Shown: positions 35,304 to 47,175 of the stretch, piece by piece
Layout of the letters: every line of letters begins with the position of its first letter
Numbering within the stretch: position 1 is the stretch's first letter
Origin: an uncultured SAR86 cluster bacterium
GTDB taxonomy: Bacteria; Pseudomonadota; Gammaproteobacteria; Magnimaribacterales; D2472
Length of the DNA: 64,000 nt
NCBI GenBank assembly: GCA_902528875.1
Contig: CABZTX010000002.1
Coordinates: 7,828-71,827, forward strand
Reading direction: 5' to 3'
Notes under the pieces: model-generated
The model's database searches: none
What the model was told of the DNA's origin: nothing
What the model saw: the letters and a program-made list of their open reading frames with translations, nothing else
Program-made: the position numbers and the translations under genes

Positions 35304-35744
35304 ATGGACATTAGAAAAATAAAAACTTTAATAGAAATGTTGGAAGCGTCCGACCTTAACGAAATAGAAGTAACTCAAGGTGAAGAATCTGTAAGAATTA
35401 AAAAAAGTGTTGGTGATGGTAATACCATTTCAGGTGAAAATTCAATAAATTTAAACAAAAATAAAAATTTATCAGATGATGTTGCAATAAAAGATTCTAA
35501 ATATATTGAAGGCAATGAGATAAAATCTCCAATTGTTGGAACTTTTTATCGTAAACCTAGTCCCGAAAAAGAACCATTTGTTAATGTTGGCGATATAGTT
35601 GCTAAGGGAGACATACTATGTATTATCGAAGCAATGAAAAATATGAATGAAATTAAATCAGATTTTTCAGGTAAAGTAGTTTCAATTGAAGTAGATGATG
35701 CACAACCAGTAGAGTTTGGACAAACAATTATCGTAATTAATTAA
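35304..35744 (+). CDS. accB: Biotin carboxyl carrier protein of acetyl-CoA carboxylase
   Basis: Biotinylation motif [11 protein letters not shown]. 146 aa. Immediately upstream of accC. Confidence 0.93.
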   Translation: MDIRKIKTLIEMLEASDLNEIEVTQGEESVRIKKSVGDGNTISGENSINLNKNKNLSDDVAIKDSKYIEGNEIKSPIVGTFYRKPSPEKEPFVNVGDIVAKGDILCIIEAMKNMNEIKSDFSGKVVSIEVDDAQPVEFGQTIIVIN

Positions 35745-37085
35745 ATGTCTTATAAAGTTTTAATTGCCAACAGAGGAGAAATTGCCCTTCGTGCTCTAAG
35801 AGCATGTAGAGAGCTTGGAATTAAGACAGTTAGTGTTTATTCAGATGCTGACAAAGGTCTCAAGCATCTTCGTTTTTCAGATGAAACAGTTTGTATTGGT
35901 CCAGCACAACCATCAGAAAGTTACCTAAATACTGCATCAATTTTGTCTGCAGCTGAGCTTACTGAAGTTGATGCTATTTATCCCGGTTACGGTTTTTTAG
36001 CAGAAAATCCTGAATTTGCAAATCAATGCAATGAGAGTGGATTTAAGTTTATCGGACCCAGCTCAGAAACCATAAAAAAAATGGGAGATAAAATTACTGC
36101 AAAAAATTTTGTAAGCAGTTATGGCATCCCTATAGTACCTGGATATACAGGCGAGATTCCTGAGGACGAATCAAAATTTAAAAATATTGTTAAGGAAATT
36201 GGATATCCAATAATATTGAAAGCAACAGCTGGTGGAGGTGGAAGGGGAATGAGAGTTGTTGAGACAGAGGAGGAATTGATTAACTTTACCGAAATAACTA
36301 TGCAAGAAGCGCAAAACTCTTTTGGAAATAACAAAGTTTATATAGAGAAATATATTCAAAATCCTCGACATATTGAGGTACAAATTATTGGAGATGGAAA
36401 AGGTAATGCGATTCATCTAGGAACAAGAGACTGTAGTACTCAGAGAAGACATCAAAAAATTATAGAAGAAGCTCCAGCAATAAATGTTGAAAATGAGAGT
36501 CTTTCTAAAATTTTGTATTCTTGCACCAATCTATGCAAGGAAATTAGCTACGAAGGAGTTGGTACATTAGAGTTTTTGTATGAAAATGGTAATTTTTATT
36601 TTATAGAAATGAATACAAGAATTCAGGTTGAACATCCTGTGACTGAGATGATAACTGGTTATGACATTGTAAAAGCTCAATTTAGAATAGCACTAGGTAT
36701 GGGCATTGAGCTTAACCAAGATGATATAAAATTTAATGGTCATGCAATTGAATGCAGGATTAATGCAGAGGATCCTGAAACATTTCAGCCATGCCCAGGT
36801 CAAATTACAAAAATGCATACTGCTGGCGGTTTTGGCATTCGCTATGACTCTCATATTTATGGGGGCTATACTGTCCCACCTTTCTACGACTCTTTGCTTG
36901 CAAAGATAATTACTCAAGCAAATACAAGAAAATCCTCTATAAAAAGAATGTTAAGTGCTTTGGATGAATTTTTTGTAGAGGGTATTAAAACAAATCAAAT
37001 GTTGCACCAAAAAATTCTCAATGATGAAACTTTTATTAAAAATGAACATACAATTAATTATTTAGAAAGGGATTTCAATAAATAA
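35745..37085 (+). CDS. accC: Biotin carboxylase subunit of acetyl-CoA carboxylase
   Basis: [16 protein letters not shown]-grasp [24 protein letters not shown]. 446 aa. Confidence 0.97.
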   Translation: MSYKVLIANRGEIALRALRACRELGIKTVSVYSDADKGLKHLRFSDETVCIGPAQPSESYLNTASILSAAELTEVDAIYPGYGFLAENPEFANQCNESGFKFIGPSSETIKKMGDKITAKNFVSSYGIPIVPGYTGEIPEDESKFKNIVKEIGYPIILKATAGGGGRGMRVVETEEELINFTEITMQEAQNSFGNNKVYIEKYIQNPRHIEVQIIGDGKGNAIHLGTRDCSTQRRHQKIIEEAPAINVENESLSKILYSCTNLCKEISYEGVGTLEFLYENGNFYFIEMNTRIQVEHPVTEMITGYDIVKAQFRIALGMGIELNQDDIKFNGHAIECRINAEDPETFQPCPGQITKMHTAGGFGIRYDSHIYGGYTVPPFYDSLLAKIITQANTRKSSIKRMLSALDEFFVEGIKTNQMLHQKILNDETFIKNEHTINYLERDFNK

Positions 37086-37086
37086 T

Positions 37087-39489
37087 ATGATTGATGAATA
37101 TAACCCAAAAATAATTGAAAAAAAAATTCAAGATAAATGGAATAAATCAGATAAATATAAGTCAGTCGTAGATAACAGAGAAAAGTTTTATTGTTTATCG
37201 ATGTTCCCATACCCATCAGGGAAACTGCATATGGGACATGTAAGAAACTATACAATTGGTGATGTAATCTCCAGATTCAAAAGAATGCAAAATTTTAATG
37301 TTTTTCAACCAATGGGTTGGGATGCTTTTGGCCTTCCAGCAGAAAATGCTGCAATTGAAAATGAAGTAAGTCCAAAAGATTGGACTGATCGAAATATAGA
37401 AAATATGAAAAATCAACTACAGTCATTGGGGTTTAGTTATGACTGGTCAATGGAGATAAGGACATGTGATCCAAAATACTACAAATGGGAGCAATTAATA
37501 TTTAAAAAATTTTACGATGCTGGTTTAGTTTATAAAAAGAAGTCGCTAGTAAACTGGGATCCAGTTGATGAGACTGTTTTAGCCAACGAACAGGTTATTG
37601 ATGGAAAGGGTTGGCGTTCTGGTGCTCAAGTTCAAATTAAAGAAATTGATCAATGGTTTATTAAAATAACAGCTTATGCAGACGAATTATTAGATTCACT
37701 TGAAGAACTAGATTGGCCTGAAAATGTAAAATTAATGCAAAAAAATTGGATAGGAAAATCCTATGGTGCTGAAGTTGAATATAAAATGGAGGAAGGTAAC
37801 GATAGTCTTAAAACCTTTTCGACAAGACCTGATACCATTTATGGTGTTACTTTTTTAGCAATCTCACCAAATCATCAATTATCAATAAATCTTTCTGAAA
37901 CAGATGATGACATCAAATTATTTCTTGAAAAATGTAAAGATCTCAAAACTGCCGAAGCTGATATAGCTAAAGCTGAAAAACTTGGAATTGATACTGGTAA
38001 AAAAGTGATTCATCCAATTACAAAAGAAAAATTACCTGTTTGGATCGGTAACTTTGTCTTATTAGACTATGGTACTGGTGTAGTTATGGGTGTCCCTGGA
38101 CACGATGAAAGAGATTTTGAATTCGCAACAAAATATCAAATAGATATTAAACAAGTAATTAAAAATGATAAGGATGATTTGCCAATTCCAGACAAAGGTA
38201 TATTAATAAATTCTGAAAACTTTGATGGTATGACCTCTGAAAATGCATCAAAAGAAATAATTAATAAATTAATAGAGCTTAAATGTGGAAGCAGTTTAAT
38301 TCAGTTTAGATTAAGAGATTGGGGTATTAGCAGACAAAGATATTGGGGTTGTCCAATACCAGTGGTCTATGACGATCATGAACCAATGGTAGTTAATCAA
38401 GAGGAAATGCCAATCCAACTTCCTGAACTTAAAGATAGCGCAAGACCAATACCACTAAGCCAAAATCAAAATTTCATAAATTTAAGCACTAATCAAAAAA
38501 GAGAAACTGATACTTTTGATACTTTTATGGATTCATCTTGGTACTACGCAAGATTTACCTCAGCAGATAATGACGAAGATATTTTTGACTCAAGGACTAA
38601 TTATTGGTTGCCTGTTGATCTTTATATTGGTGGCATTGAACATGCAATTTTACATCTTTTATACTCAAGATTTTTTCATAAGGCAATGCGGGATCTAAAT
38701 CTTGTAGAGGGCGATGAACCTTTTAAAAAATTATTGACACAAGGCATGGTTTTAAAAGATGGCTCAAAAATGTCAAAATCAAAAGGAAATACAGTTGATC
38801 CTCAACAATATATTGATAAATATGGTGCGGACACAATTCGGCTTTATATGATGTTCACATCTCCTCCAGAGCAAAGTCTAGAATGGAGTGAATCTTCTGT
38901 TGAAGGGGCATCAAGGTTTTTAAAAAGAATTTGGAAGCTAACAAGTGGTAGGAAATATAAAGGGTGTGATGATACTTTTGAATTTTCAAAGGAAGAGATT
39001 GAATTAAGAAGAAAGTCTCATTCAACCTTAAAAAAAGTCAGCAATGATTATGAAAATAGATTTGCTTTTAATACTGCAATAGCTTCAATAATGGAACTTT
39101 TAAATTTTATTCCAGAAGAATTTAAAAAAGATAGCTCAACAAATTCACAAAAATTTTGTTTAAATGAAACAATAGTTTTTATTCTCAAAATGCTTGCACC
39201 TATAACTCCTCATATCTGTGAAGATCTATGGAACAAATTTTGTGGTGAAGAAGATATTGAATTATCTTGGCCAGACTTTGATGAAGACATAATTTTAATT
39301 GATGAATTTGAATTAATTATTCAAATAAATGGCAAAGTTAGAGGAAAGCTAAATATTAAAAAAGATACAAATCAAAAGGATATAGAGCTTAAAGCTATCG
39401 AGGTTGAAAATGTAAAAAGTTTTATAAATAATTCAAAGATTAAAAAAACAATTTATGTTAAAGATAAACTCATAAATTTTGTAATATAA
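37087..39489 (+). CDS. leuS: Leucyl-tRNA synthetase
   Basis: HMGH ([15 protein letters not shown]) and KMSKS motifs, CP1 editing domain. 800 aa. Confidence 0.97.
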   Translation: MIDEYNPKIIEKKIQDKWNKSDKYKSVVDNREKFYCLSMFPYPSGKLHMGHVRNYTIGDVISRFKRMQNFNVFQPMGWDAFGLPAENAAIENEVSPKDWTDRNIENMKNQLQSLGFSYDWSMEIRTCDPKYYKWEQLIFKKFYDAGLVYKKKSLVNWDPVDETVLANEQVIDGKGWRSGAQVQIKEIDQWFIKITAYADELLDSLEELDWPENVKLMQKNWIGKSYGAEVEYKMEEGNDSLKTFSTRPDTIYGVTFLAISPNHQLSINLSETDDDIKLFLEKCKDLKTAEADIAKAEKLGIDTGKKVIHPITKEKLPVWIGNFVLLDYGTGVVMGVPGHDERDFEFATKYQIDIKQVIKNDKDDLPIPDKGILINSENFDGMTSENASKEIINKLIELKCGSSLIQFRLRDWGISRQRYWGCPIPVVYDDHEPMVVNQEEMPIQLPELKDSARPIPLSQNQNFINLSTNQKRETDTFDTFMDSSWYYARFTSADNDEDIFDSRTNYWLPVDLYIGGIEHAILHLLYSRFFHKAMRDLNLVEGDEPFKKLLTQGMVLKDGSKMSKSKGNTVDPQQYIDKYGADTIRLYMMFTSPPEQSLEWSESSVEGASRFLKRIWKLTSGRKYKGCDDTFEFSKEEIELRRKSHSTLKKVSNDYENRFAFNTAIASIMELLNFIPEEFKKDSSTNSQKFCLNETIVFILKMLAPITPHICEDLWNKFCGEEDIELSWPDFDEDIILIDEFELIIQINGKVRGKLNIKKDTNQKDIELKAIEVENVKSFINNSKIKKTIYVKDKLINFVI

Positions 39490-39494
39490 ATTAA

Positions 39495-39956
39495 ATGACA
39501 ATAAAAAATATATTTATAATCCTGCCATTTTTATTAAATTTAGGTTGTTCTTTTAATCAATTAAATTATGACGATATTACAAAAAATAGCTATGAAATTT
39601 TATTTGATGAAGGTATTCCAAAGGACATGCAAAATACTTTAAATTCTATTTTGAAGTCATCACAGGCCGACTCTAATAATTTAGTAAAGGTCGAAATTAA
39701 AAATTTTATGTACAAAGAATATGATATACATGCAGGTGATGCTTTGCGATCCCTAGAAACTGAAGTTAAATCATCAATTGAATTAAGGATAAATGGTAAA
39801 AAAATAATAAATAAGAAGCTTTCATCGATGAAAAGATTCAACTCAAATGAATTAAATCCGCTTGCAGATTCTGAAATGAAAACCTTTATAAAAAGAGAGC
39901 TTTATATGGATTTAATCAATCAATTAGTCGTGGAGGTAGCTTTAATTGATTTGTGA
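39495..39956 (+). CDS. lptE: LPS-assembly lipoprotein LptE (RlpB)
   Basis: Lipobox LNLGCS, 153 aa. Conserved position between leuS and holA. Confidence 0.65.
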   Translation: MTIKNIFIILPFLLNLGCSFNQLNYDDITKNSYEILFDEGIPKDMQNTLNSILKSSQADSNNLVKVEIKNFMYKEYDIHAGDALRSLETEVKSSIELRINGKKIINKKLSSMKRFNSNELNPLADSEMKTFIKRELYMDLINQLVVEVALIDL

Positions 39957-40932
39957 TGCCAACTCTTTATCAAAATATATAGATACATCTCATAATATTT
40001 TCTTTATATTTGGCCCAGAGGTTATTTTAAAAAATAATTCAAGGGACCTAATAAGTGCAAACTTAAAAGAAAAGGGCTTCACTGAAAAAAAAATAATCTT
40101 AGAAAAAGACTTTTCAAATATTGAACAGATAATAAAAGAAAATGCTAGCGGATCATTGTTTGGCTCTAAAACCTTAATAGAAATATTTCATGATAAAGGA
40201 AGATTATCCTCTGATATCCTTGATATTTTAGATATGCCTAATATAGAAAAAATGAGCAACATAGCTATCATAATCAGATCTATTAGTGAAAAAATTAATA
40301 AAACAACAAAATGGGTAAAAAAATTTGATGCTATAGGCCTAATGATAGATTGCAGAAAGCTAAAGGTTTTTGAGGAAAAGGGATGGATCAAAGATCAACT
40401 TTGTTTTATGACAGAAAAAGATGCAAGTGAATATTCTAGAAAAATTAATGACCTATTTAGTGGTAATTTAACAGCACAACAAAATGAAATTAATATTCTT
40501 AAGCTAACATATTCACAAGAAAAAAATGACCCTTACGATGAAAATGATAAAGCTGAATTTTTGCCTTACGAGCTTGAAGATAAAATAATTGAAAAAGATG
40601 CTAACTGTTCGCTTAGGATCGTCAGATCAATAAAAAGAAATGATGATCATTACGGCCCTCTCATAGTCTGGATAATAGGTAGAATAATTAATGTCTCTGT
40701 GGTATCGCTCCAAAATGCGAATTCTAGAAAAAGCTTAGAGTCTGCAGGAATATGGAGTAACAAAATACCAAATTACTTAAATTTTATTAAAAAGATTTCA
40801 CTTAAAGATTTGCTCAATCATCAAAAAAAAATTTATAAACTCGATTTAGCATCCAAAGGACTTGGAGGCATTTCAAAGGATCAGTTTTGGCAAGAAATTG
40901 ACAACTTAATCATCGAATTATGCTCTAACTGA
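39946..40932 (+). CDS. holA: DNA polymerase III delta subunit
   Basis: 328 aa with an IFFIFGPE start typical of HolA. leuS-lptE-holA synteny. Confidence 0.65.
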   Translation: MICDANSLSKYIDTSHNIFFIFGPEVILKNNSRDLISANLKEKGFTEKKIILEKDFSNIEQIIKENASGSLFGSKTLIEIFHDKGRLSSDILDILDMPNIEKMSNIAIIIRSISEKINKTTKWVKKFDAIGLMIDCRKLKVFEEKGWIKDQLCFMTEKDASEYSRKINDLFSGNLTAQQNEINILKLTYSQEKNDPYDENDKAEFLPYELEDKIIEKDANCSLRIVRSIKRNDDHYGPLIVWIIGRIINVSVVSLQNANSRKSLESAGIWSNKIPNYLNFIKKISLKDLLNHQKKIYKLDLASKGLGGISKDQFWQEIDNLIIELCSN

Positions 40933-41752
40933 GAAAGTTATCTCTAAAAATCTTTTCACATTTTTTAAAAATAAAGTTTTCATGATCAAGTTGAATATCA
41001 TAGTCAATAATATCAGTAACTAATGCAAGTCCTTTTGTAGAACTTGTCAACCAAATTGATTTTGACTTTAACAAATTATCCAGTGAATATTTGTCCTCTT
41101 CAACTTTAATACCAGCTTCTTTTAATTTATTAATTAATAAATCTCTGGTAATACCTGGAAGAATATTTGAAGATAATGAAGGTGTATAGACACAATCATT
41201 GTCAGTAAAAAAAACATTTGAAGCTCCGCCTTCAGTAATAATATTATCTTTATGCATGATTACTTCACCACAGCCTTTATCTTTAGCCTGATTCATGCTC
41301 ATTACATTTCCTAAAAGTGATGTAGATTTAATATCACACCTTTGCCATCTTAAATCTTCACTAATCATAACTTTTATTTTTTGTGGGCTAAAAGAATGCT
41401 CGACTACATAACCAAATGTCTCGATAGAAAGTTTTTTATCAAACATATGTGACCTGATAGGATCCACACCTCTTGAGACCTGATAGTAAACATATCCATT
41501 TTCAAAACTAATTTTATTTATTAACTCTAATATCTCATTCTCTATGTAATTTGCATCAATAACAAAAGATAATGCCGCACAACTTTTCTTGAGCCTCTCA
41601 ACATGTTTCTCATACGCTATGATATTAGATTTAAAAAAAGGGATCACTTCGTATACGCTATCTGAAAAAGTGTAAGCTCTACTTAAAGGTGAAATTTTTA
41701 TATTATCGAGAAAATCAAATTTTCCGTTGTAAACAGCCTGAATATTATCCAT
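40925..41752 (-). CDS. Class IV (fold type IV) PLP aminotransferase, D-amino-acid aminotransferase-like
   Basis: RAYTFSDSVYEVIPFF...HVERLKKS N-terminal pattern and ...ITEGGASNVF...LPGITR. Last gene of the cell-wall cluster. Confidence 0.6.
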   Translation of the reverse strand: MDNIQAVYNGKFDFLDNIKISPLSRAYTFSDSVYEVIPFFKSNIIAYEKHVERLKKSCAALSFVIDANYIENEILELINKISFENGYVYYQVSRGVDPIRSHMFDKKLSIETFGYVVEHSFSPQKIKVMISEDLRWQRCDIKSTSLLGNVMSMNQAKDKGCGEVIMHKDNIITEGGASNVFFTDNDCVYTPSLSSNILPGITRDLLINKLKEAGIKVEEDKYSLDNLLKSKSIWLTSSTKGLALVTDIIDYDIQLDHENFIFKKCEKIFRDNFLS

Positions 41753-41756
41753 CTTT

Positions 41757-42896
41757 TTAATTAAAATTGAATAGAGACATTATCCATAAAACAAATTTGG
41801 ACCAAAGTCTGCCAAAAAATCCTTTTGCCTCAATATCTTCAAGTGCAATTAGATCAGAAGTATGGACAATTTGTGAGTTACTTATTATTTCAAGCGTACC
41901 AAGCTTGTCACCTGAATTAATTGGTGCTTGGACATTATTTTTTATATTGTAATTAACCTTAATGTCTTTGAATTCAATTCTAGGCAAAGTTACTGATATA
42001 TCTTTCTCAACTCCAAGGCTAACCTTATCAGATCTTCCACCCCAAATCCTTGACGAAGAGTATTCTGTATTTGCATCAAAGTATTTTTGAGTTGCATAAA
42101 ATCTAAAACCATATTCTAGTAATCTTTGTGTTGATAAAAATCTTTCATTATCAGATACGCTGCCAGCAACAACAGTTATGAGTCTCATATTACCTCTTTC
42201 AGCAGAACCTATAAGACAATAACCAGCTGTTGATGTATGACCAGTTTTTACTCCATCAGAAGACTCATCACGCCATAGAAGTTTATTTCTGTTTAATTGC
42301 TTAATATTGTTATACGTGTATTGCTTTTCCTTATACAAAGAATACATCTCAGGAAAATTTGAAATAAATTTAGACGTTAGTTTTGCTAAATCCCTTGCAG
42401 ATGTAACATGATTATCATCTGGCAAACCTGTAGAGTTACTAAAATATGTATCTTTCATTCCAATAGCTCCTGCATAGGAATTCATTAAATCTACGAAACC
42501 TCTTTCAGTGCCTCCCACATATTCCGCTATTGCCACAGATGCATCATTGCCTGATTGGATTATAATTCCTTTTAATAGATCAAGAATGCTTACTTTTTTT
42601 CCAGCTTCTATGAACATTTTAGATCCTTCCATCTTCCAAGCTTTTTCACTTACTAAGACCATATCATCCTGATTAATAAGTTGATTTTCCATTTGATCAG
42701 CAACAACATAACCTGTCATGACTTTAGTCATGCTCGCAGGTTCAATTAATTCATCAGAGTTAAACTCAGCTATTACAGTATTGGTATTAGGTTCAAGTAA
42801 AATATAACTCTTCAAATTTAGTTCTGGCGCATTTGGAACAAAGCTTTGGCTAAGTAATGAACTAGACACAAAAACCAATAATAATAATCTTTTCAT
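41757..42896 (-). CDS. dacA: D-alanyl-D-alanine carboxypeptidase (PBP5/6 class)
   Basis: SxxK (PASMTKVMT), SGN (IQSGNDAS), KTG (GVKTGHT). Signal peptide. Confidence 0.9.
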   Translation of the reverse strand: MKRLLLLVFVSSSLLSQSFVPNAPELNLKSYILLEPNTNTVIAEFNSDELIEPASMTKVMTGYVVADQMENQLINQDDMVLVSEKAWKMEGSKMFIEAGKKVSILDLLKGIIIQSGNDASVAIAEYVGGTERGFVDLMNSYAGAIGMKDTYFSNSTGLPDDNHVTSARDLAKLTSKFISNFPEMYSLYKEKQYTYNNIKQLNRNKLLWRDESSDGVKTGHTSTAGYCLIGSAERGNMRLITVVAGSVSDNERFLSTQRLLEYGFRFYATQKYFDANTEYSSSRIWGGRSDKVSLGVEKDISVTLPRIEFKDIKVNYNIKNNVQAPINSGDKLGTLEIISNSQIVHTSDLIALEDIEAKGFFGRLWSKFVLWIMSLFNFN

Positions 42897-43783
42897 TTTT
42901 TATACTCTTCTGATAAATAATAAACAGCCATTGCATAGAAATGACTTCTATTATATTTAGTTATCGCTATAAAATTGTCATCCCCAATAAAATATAAATC
43001 ATTTCCTTCCTCATTAAAACTTAATGGTATAAATTTTGAAAGTGAATCTTTAGGTTTGTAAATCTCTCTTACGTTATTTAAATAAACCTCAGAAACAATT
43101 TTTCCATCTCTTTTCCAACCATGAACTTTGAGATAATTTGCAATACTTCCTATGGCATCATCTATAGATGAGAACAAATCGACACTTTTATCACCATCAA
43201 AATCAATAGCATATGCCATATAGCTTGATGATATAAATTGACCGTATCCCATTGCTCCAGCATACGAACCTTTAATCTCAAAAATATCTAAATTATTATT
43301 TCTTGTTAATAAAAAAAACTTTACGAGTTCATCTTTAAAAAACTTTGATCTTCTCGGATAATCAAAACCTAATGTCATTAAGCTATCTATCACTCTATAA
43401 CTACCCATTATCTTTCCATATCTTGTTTCAACACCTAAAATTGCCACAATAATTTCTTTTGGCACTCCAAACTCTTGTTCAGCCTTTTCTAATGTATCAA
43501 TATTATTTCTAATAAATTTTTTACCATTTATGATTCTTTTATCCTCAATAAATAATTTTTTATATCTCTCCCAAGTCCATGTAAATTCTGCAGGAGATGA
43601 AATACTATCTATTATTTTTTGTTGTTTTGTTGCATTTTCAAAAACATCTTTGACATAAGCCGAATCAAATCCATGCACTTCAACCAATTCATCAATAACT
43701 TCGTTTGCATTTGGATGATTGAAATAACTAGCGTGACTATAAAGAGACAATATAAAAAGTATATATGTGATTACATTTTTCAT
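42893..43783 (-). CDS. mltB: Lytic murein transglycosylase B-like
   Basis: VETRYG..., GSYAGAMGYGQFISSSY motif. Position between rodA and dacA. Confidence 0.8.
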   Translation of the reverse strand: MKNVITYILFILSLYSHASYFNHPNANEVIDELVEVHGFDSAYVKDVFENATKQQKIIDSISSPAEFTWTWERYKKLFIEDKRIINGKKFIRNNIDTLEKAEQEFGVPKEIIVAILGVETRYGKIMGSYRVIDSLMTLGFDYPRRSKFFKDELVKFFLLTRNNNLDIFEIKGSYAGAMGYGQFISSSYMAYAIDFDGDKSVDLFSSIDDAIGSIANYLKVHGWKRDGKIVSEVYLNNVREIYKPKDSLSKFIPLSFNEEGNDLYFIGDDNFIAITKYNRSHFYAMAVYYLSEEYKK

Positions 43784-44879
43784 CTTTGCATTAATTTCTT
43801 ATGTGTTGCCATGGAAATAATAATTCCAAAAGATATGTAAAATGATAGCAAAGATGAGCCTCCTTTGCTTATAAAAGGTAATGGCATGCCAACAACAGGT
43901 ATTATTCCAATGACCATTGCCAGATTAATAAAAACTGTTGAAATAAATATTAAGCTAAGTCCTCCAATTGTTAATCTACAAAATCTATCTCTTGCGTTAA
44001 GTGCTAAATATAAACACCTAAACATAATAAAAAAAAATATTAAAAGAACTACACAAACACCAAAAAAACCAAATTCCTCCGCAATCACTGAAAAAATAAA
44101 ATCTGTTTCTGTTTCTGGTAAAAAATCAAGATGCGCTTGTGAGCCCTCTTGATATCCCTTTCCTAGGATACCGCCAGAACCTATTGCTATTTTTGATTGT
44201 GTAATGTTCCATCCAGATCCATACGGATCATTTGTAGGATCAAATAAAGTCAAAATTCTTTGTCTTTGAAAGGGCTCTAAAAAGTTGTTCCATATAAAAG
44301 GAAGTGATAGCAAAAATATTCCTGTCGAAACACCAATAAATCTCCAACTTAAACCTGCTAAGAATAAAATATATAAACCAGCTACTAGGATTACCAAACT
44401 GGTCCCTAAGTCAGGCTGAATTCTAACAAAGTTAGTTAAAATTAGAATTAAAATTATGCAAACTAATGTATTCTTAAAACTTATCGGTAATGGTTTGTCA
44501 TATAAGTAAGCTGCTAAGAAAACAGGTAATGCGATCTTAACTATTTCAGATGATTGTAGAGAAAAGAATCCAAAATTAAGCCATCTTTTTGCGCCATTAA
44601 TCTCATTACCGAAAATAAAAGTGGCAATAATTAAAATTATTGAAGAAACAAGAAAAATTAATGAATTATTTTTATAAAAATCTGGGTCGGGCTGACTCAA
44701 CAAAAACATTAATAAAAGTCCAAATATCACAAAACGAACTGTTTAATTGTTGCATCATGATTACCTTGAGATGCACTAAATAAAAAAACTAAACCCATTA
44801 ATGACAAAAGAGTAATTGAAATAAACAAATATGGATCAAAATATAAATCCTTATTTAATTGCCTTGAATAATTTCTCAT
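43780..44879 (-). CDS. rodA: SEDS peptidoglycan polymerase RodA; reading frame broken by an apparent 1-nt indel near 44730..44746
   Basis: Listed ORF 43780..44730 (GTG start) lacks the first TM segment. A 50-codon ORF (44879..44727, MRNYSRQLNKDLYFDPYLFISITLLSLMGLVFLFSASQGNHDATIKQFVL*) starts with the usual ATGA overlap on the mrdA stop and encodes the missing RodA N-terminus. The total span of 1100 nt is not a multiple of 3. Confidence 0.8.
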
Positions 44880-46714
44880 TTCTTTAATAAGCTATTTAAG
44901 ACTTTTATAGCCACTGGTCCAGCTACAGATCCTCCACTTTCACCATTCTCAATAATTACACTAACAGCATACTTAGGGTTAGGCATAGGACCAAATGCTA
45001 CAATAATTGCGTGATCTCTTTTGCCCTCAACTTCTCTTATTATTTTATAATCTTCTTTTGTATCGGTGCTTACAAGCTCAACAGTTCCTGATTTTGCAGC
45101 AATGATGTAGTTTTTTAAATTTCTAAGCCTTTTTGCAGTTCCTTTAGGATTTTCGATAACTCCTATCATGCTATCGTGAAGCTTTTGCCAGTCTGTATCA
45201 TTTATATTTTTTGATTTAAATGTTTCTACTTTAAGATCAATATTATTTTCAACAAATGAGAGGCTATTTAAATTTCCTTTATTGGCCAAGAAAGAAGCAT
45301 AGTATGCAAGTTGAATTGGCGTTGCACTTAAGTAGCCTTGTCCAACACCAATATTCACAGTGTCTCCTTTAAACCAACCAAAATTAAGATTATTAATTTT
45401 CCATTGTGGATTTGGAAGAAGTCCATTATCTGGAAAAAAACAATCTTTGCAGACATTTCTTCCAAAACCAAAATATGACAGATGCTTAATTAATTCATCG
45501 ATATCTGATTGATATGCAAGAGAAAAGAAAAAAGTATTTGAACTCTCAATAATTGCCTCATTTAGATTTATATTTCCATGGCCTCCTTTTTTCCATCCTC
45601 TATAAACACGCCCATCTTCTGGGAGAACGAAAAATCCTGGATCATCAATTGTGTAATCCCAATCAATAATATTATTTTCAAGACCAAATAATGCGATTGC
45701 TGGTTTTATTGTAGATGCAGGCGAATATCTTCCCTGACCTGCTCTATCAAAGAAAGGTTTATTTTCGTCTTTCAAAAGCCGATCGAATTCAGAAGAGGAT
45801 AATCCATTTGAAATCTTATTAGCAGAAAATGTTGGTGAACTAACATAGGTATTTATTTCACCGGTATCTAAGTCAACAGCTACTACTGCACCCCTTCGGG
45901 AATCAAGCTCATCATATGCAACTTTTTGAGCGTTAATATCAAGGGATGTTTTTAGATCCCTTCCTGGCAAAGGAGCTATAAATTTTAATTCCTTCAAAAG
46001 TTTTCCTTTTGCATCTACCTCGTAAACTTTTTTTCCAAAAGTTCCTCTCAATTCTTTGTCATAAATACTCTCTATACCTGTTTTTCCAAGCAAGAACGCA
46101 TTAGAGTAGTTAAACTGTGTTTCTCTTAGTTTATGATTTTGATCTGAAAGAATCTTTTCTAACTCATCATCATTTGGATTGCCAACAAAGCCAATTGCAT
46201 GAGAGAAAAGATGTGGATATATATGCTGTCTTGAAAACCTCTCGTCAATGAAAACATTTGGAAATTTATGTTTTCTTACTTCAAACCTTGCAATTTCCTC
46301 AGGAGAAAGATTTTTTTTAATTGTAAGTTCTCTATTTAGACTAGCCTTTACCTCAAAGTTTTCAAAAAAGTAAGTTTGCTCTTCACTATTTAAAGAAATT
46401 ACTTGTTGGATATTTTTTAATAATATATCTGGGTTTAGTATTTGTGATGGACTCACGATAAGGTTATAACTAGGTATATTATTTACAAGAATATTATTAT
46501 TTCTGTCGTAAATTATGCCTCTTCTAGGCTGAATTAAAACTTCTCTTGTTTTATTTTTTAATGCTGCAATTTCATAATCTGAAAAACTGGAAACCTGAAG
46601 AGAATATGTTTTAGATAAGAAATAAGTGAATAAAAATCCAAAAAATATATAGATAAATAATAGTCTATTAGAAAAATTTTTCTTTTCTAATCTTCTTTCT
46701 TCAATATCGCTCAT
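44876..46714 (-). CDS. mrdA: Penicillin-binding protein 2 (elongasome transpeptidase)
   Basis: SxxK (ASTIKP), SxN (ESSNTFF), KSGT. 612 aa. rlmH-mrdA-rodA order. Confidence 0.93.
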   Translation of the reverse strand: MSDIEERRLEKKNFSNRLLFIYIFFGFLFTYFLSKTYSLQVSSFSDYEIAALKNKTREVLIQPRRGIIYDRNNNILVNNIPSYNLIVSPSQILNPDILLKNIQQVISLNSEEQTYFFENFEVKASLNRELTIKKNLSPEEIARFEVRKHKFPNVFIDERFSRQHIYPHLFSHAIGFVGNPNDDELEKILSDQNHKLRETQFNYSNAFLLGKTGIESIYDKELRGTFGKKVYEVDAKGKLLKELKFIAPLPGRDLKTSLDINAQKVAYDELDSRRGAVVAVDLDTGEINTYVSSPTFSANKISNGLSSSEFDRLLKDENKPFFDRAGQGRYSPASTIKPAIALFGLENNIIDWDYTIDDPGFFVLPEDGRVYRGWKKGGHGNINLNEAIIESSNTFFFSLAYQSDIDELIKHLSYFGFGRNVCKDCFFPDNGLLPNPQWKINNLNFGWFKGDTVNIGVGQGYLSATPIQLAYYASFLANKGNLNSLSFVENNIDLKVETFKSKNINDTDWQKLHDSMIGVIENPKGTAKRLRNLKNYIIAAKSGTVELVSTDTKEDYKIIREVEGKRDHAIIVAFGPMPNPKYAVSVIIENGESGGSVAGPVAIKVLNSLLKK

Positions 46715-47175
46715 TTATGATAGGGTTTATTGTTTATAATTGAATATGCTCTATAAATTTGCTCCATAAGTAATAATCTAAACAGTCTATGAGGAAAAGT
46801 GAATAGTGATGCTGAAAAAATATCATCAGATTTCTCTAAAATACTTTTAGATAATCCATATGATCCACCTACAATAAAAACAAGTTCTTTTTTTAAAGAA
46901 GCTAACTCTCCAATAAAATTACTAAAATCTCTACTGCTTTTTTGGTTTCCACTCTTGTCCCAAGCAACGATATAAGGATTTTTTTTAATTTTTGAAATAA
47001 TTTGATTCGACTCAGCTTCAATTATTTCTTGTCTTGTTAATTTTGAATTTTGCTGGCTTTTAATATTTACAAATTCTACTTTTAAATTTCTAGGTAATTG
47101 TTTTTTGTAAAATTCAATTCCATCCAATTCCCATGAGTTAGATTTATTACCAATAGTAATAACTTTTATATTCAT
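46711..47175 (-). CDS. rlmH: 23S rRNA (pseudouridine1915-N3)-methyltransferase
   Basis: SPOUT-family protein of 154 aa with ...GGSYGLS... and a C-terminal ...EQIYRAYSI..N.PYHK. Lies between rsfS and mrdA. Confidence 0.88.
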   Translation of the reverse strand: MNIKVITIGNKSNSWELDGIEFYKKQLPRNLKVEFVNIKSQQNSKLTRQEIIEAESNQIISKIKKNPYIVAWDKSGNQKSSRDFSNFIGELASLKKELVFIVGGSYGLSKSILEKSDDIFSASLFTFPHRLFRLLLMEQIYRAYSIINNKPYHK

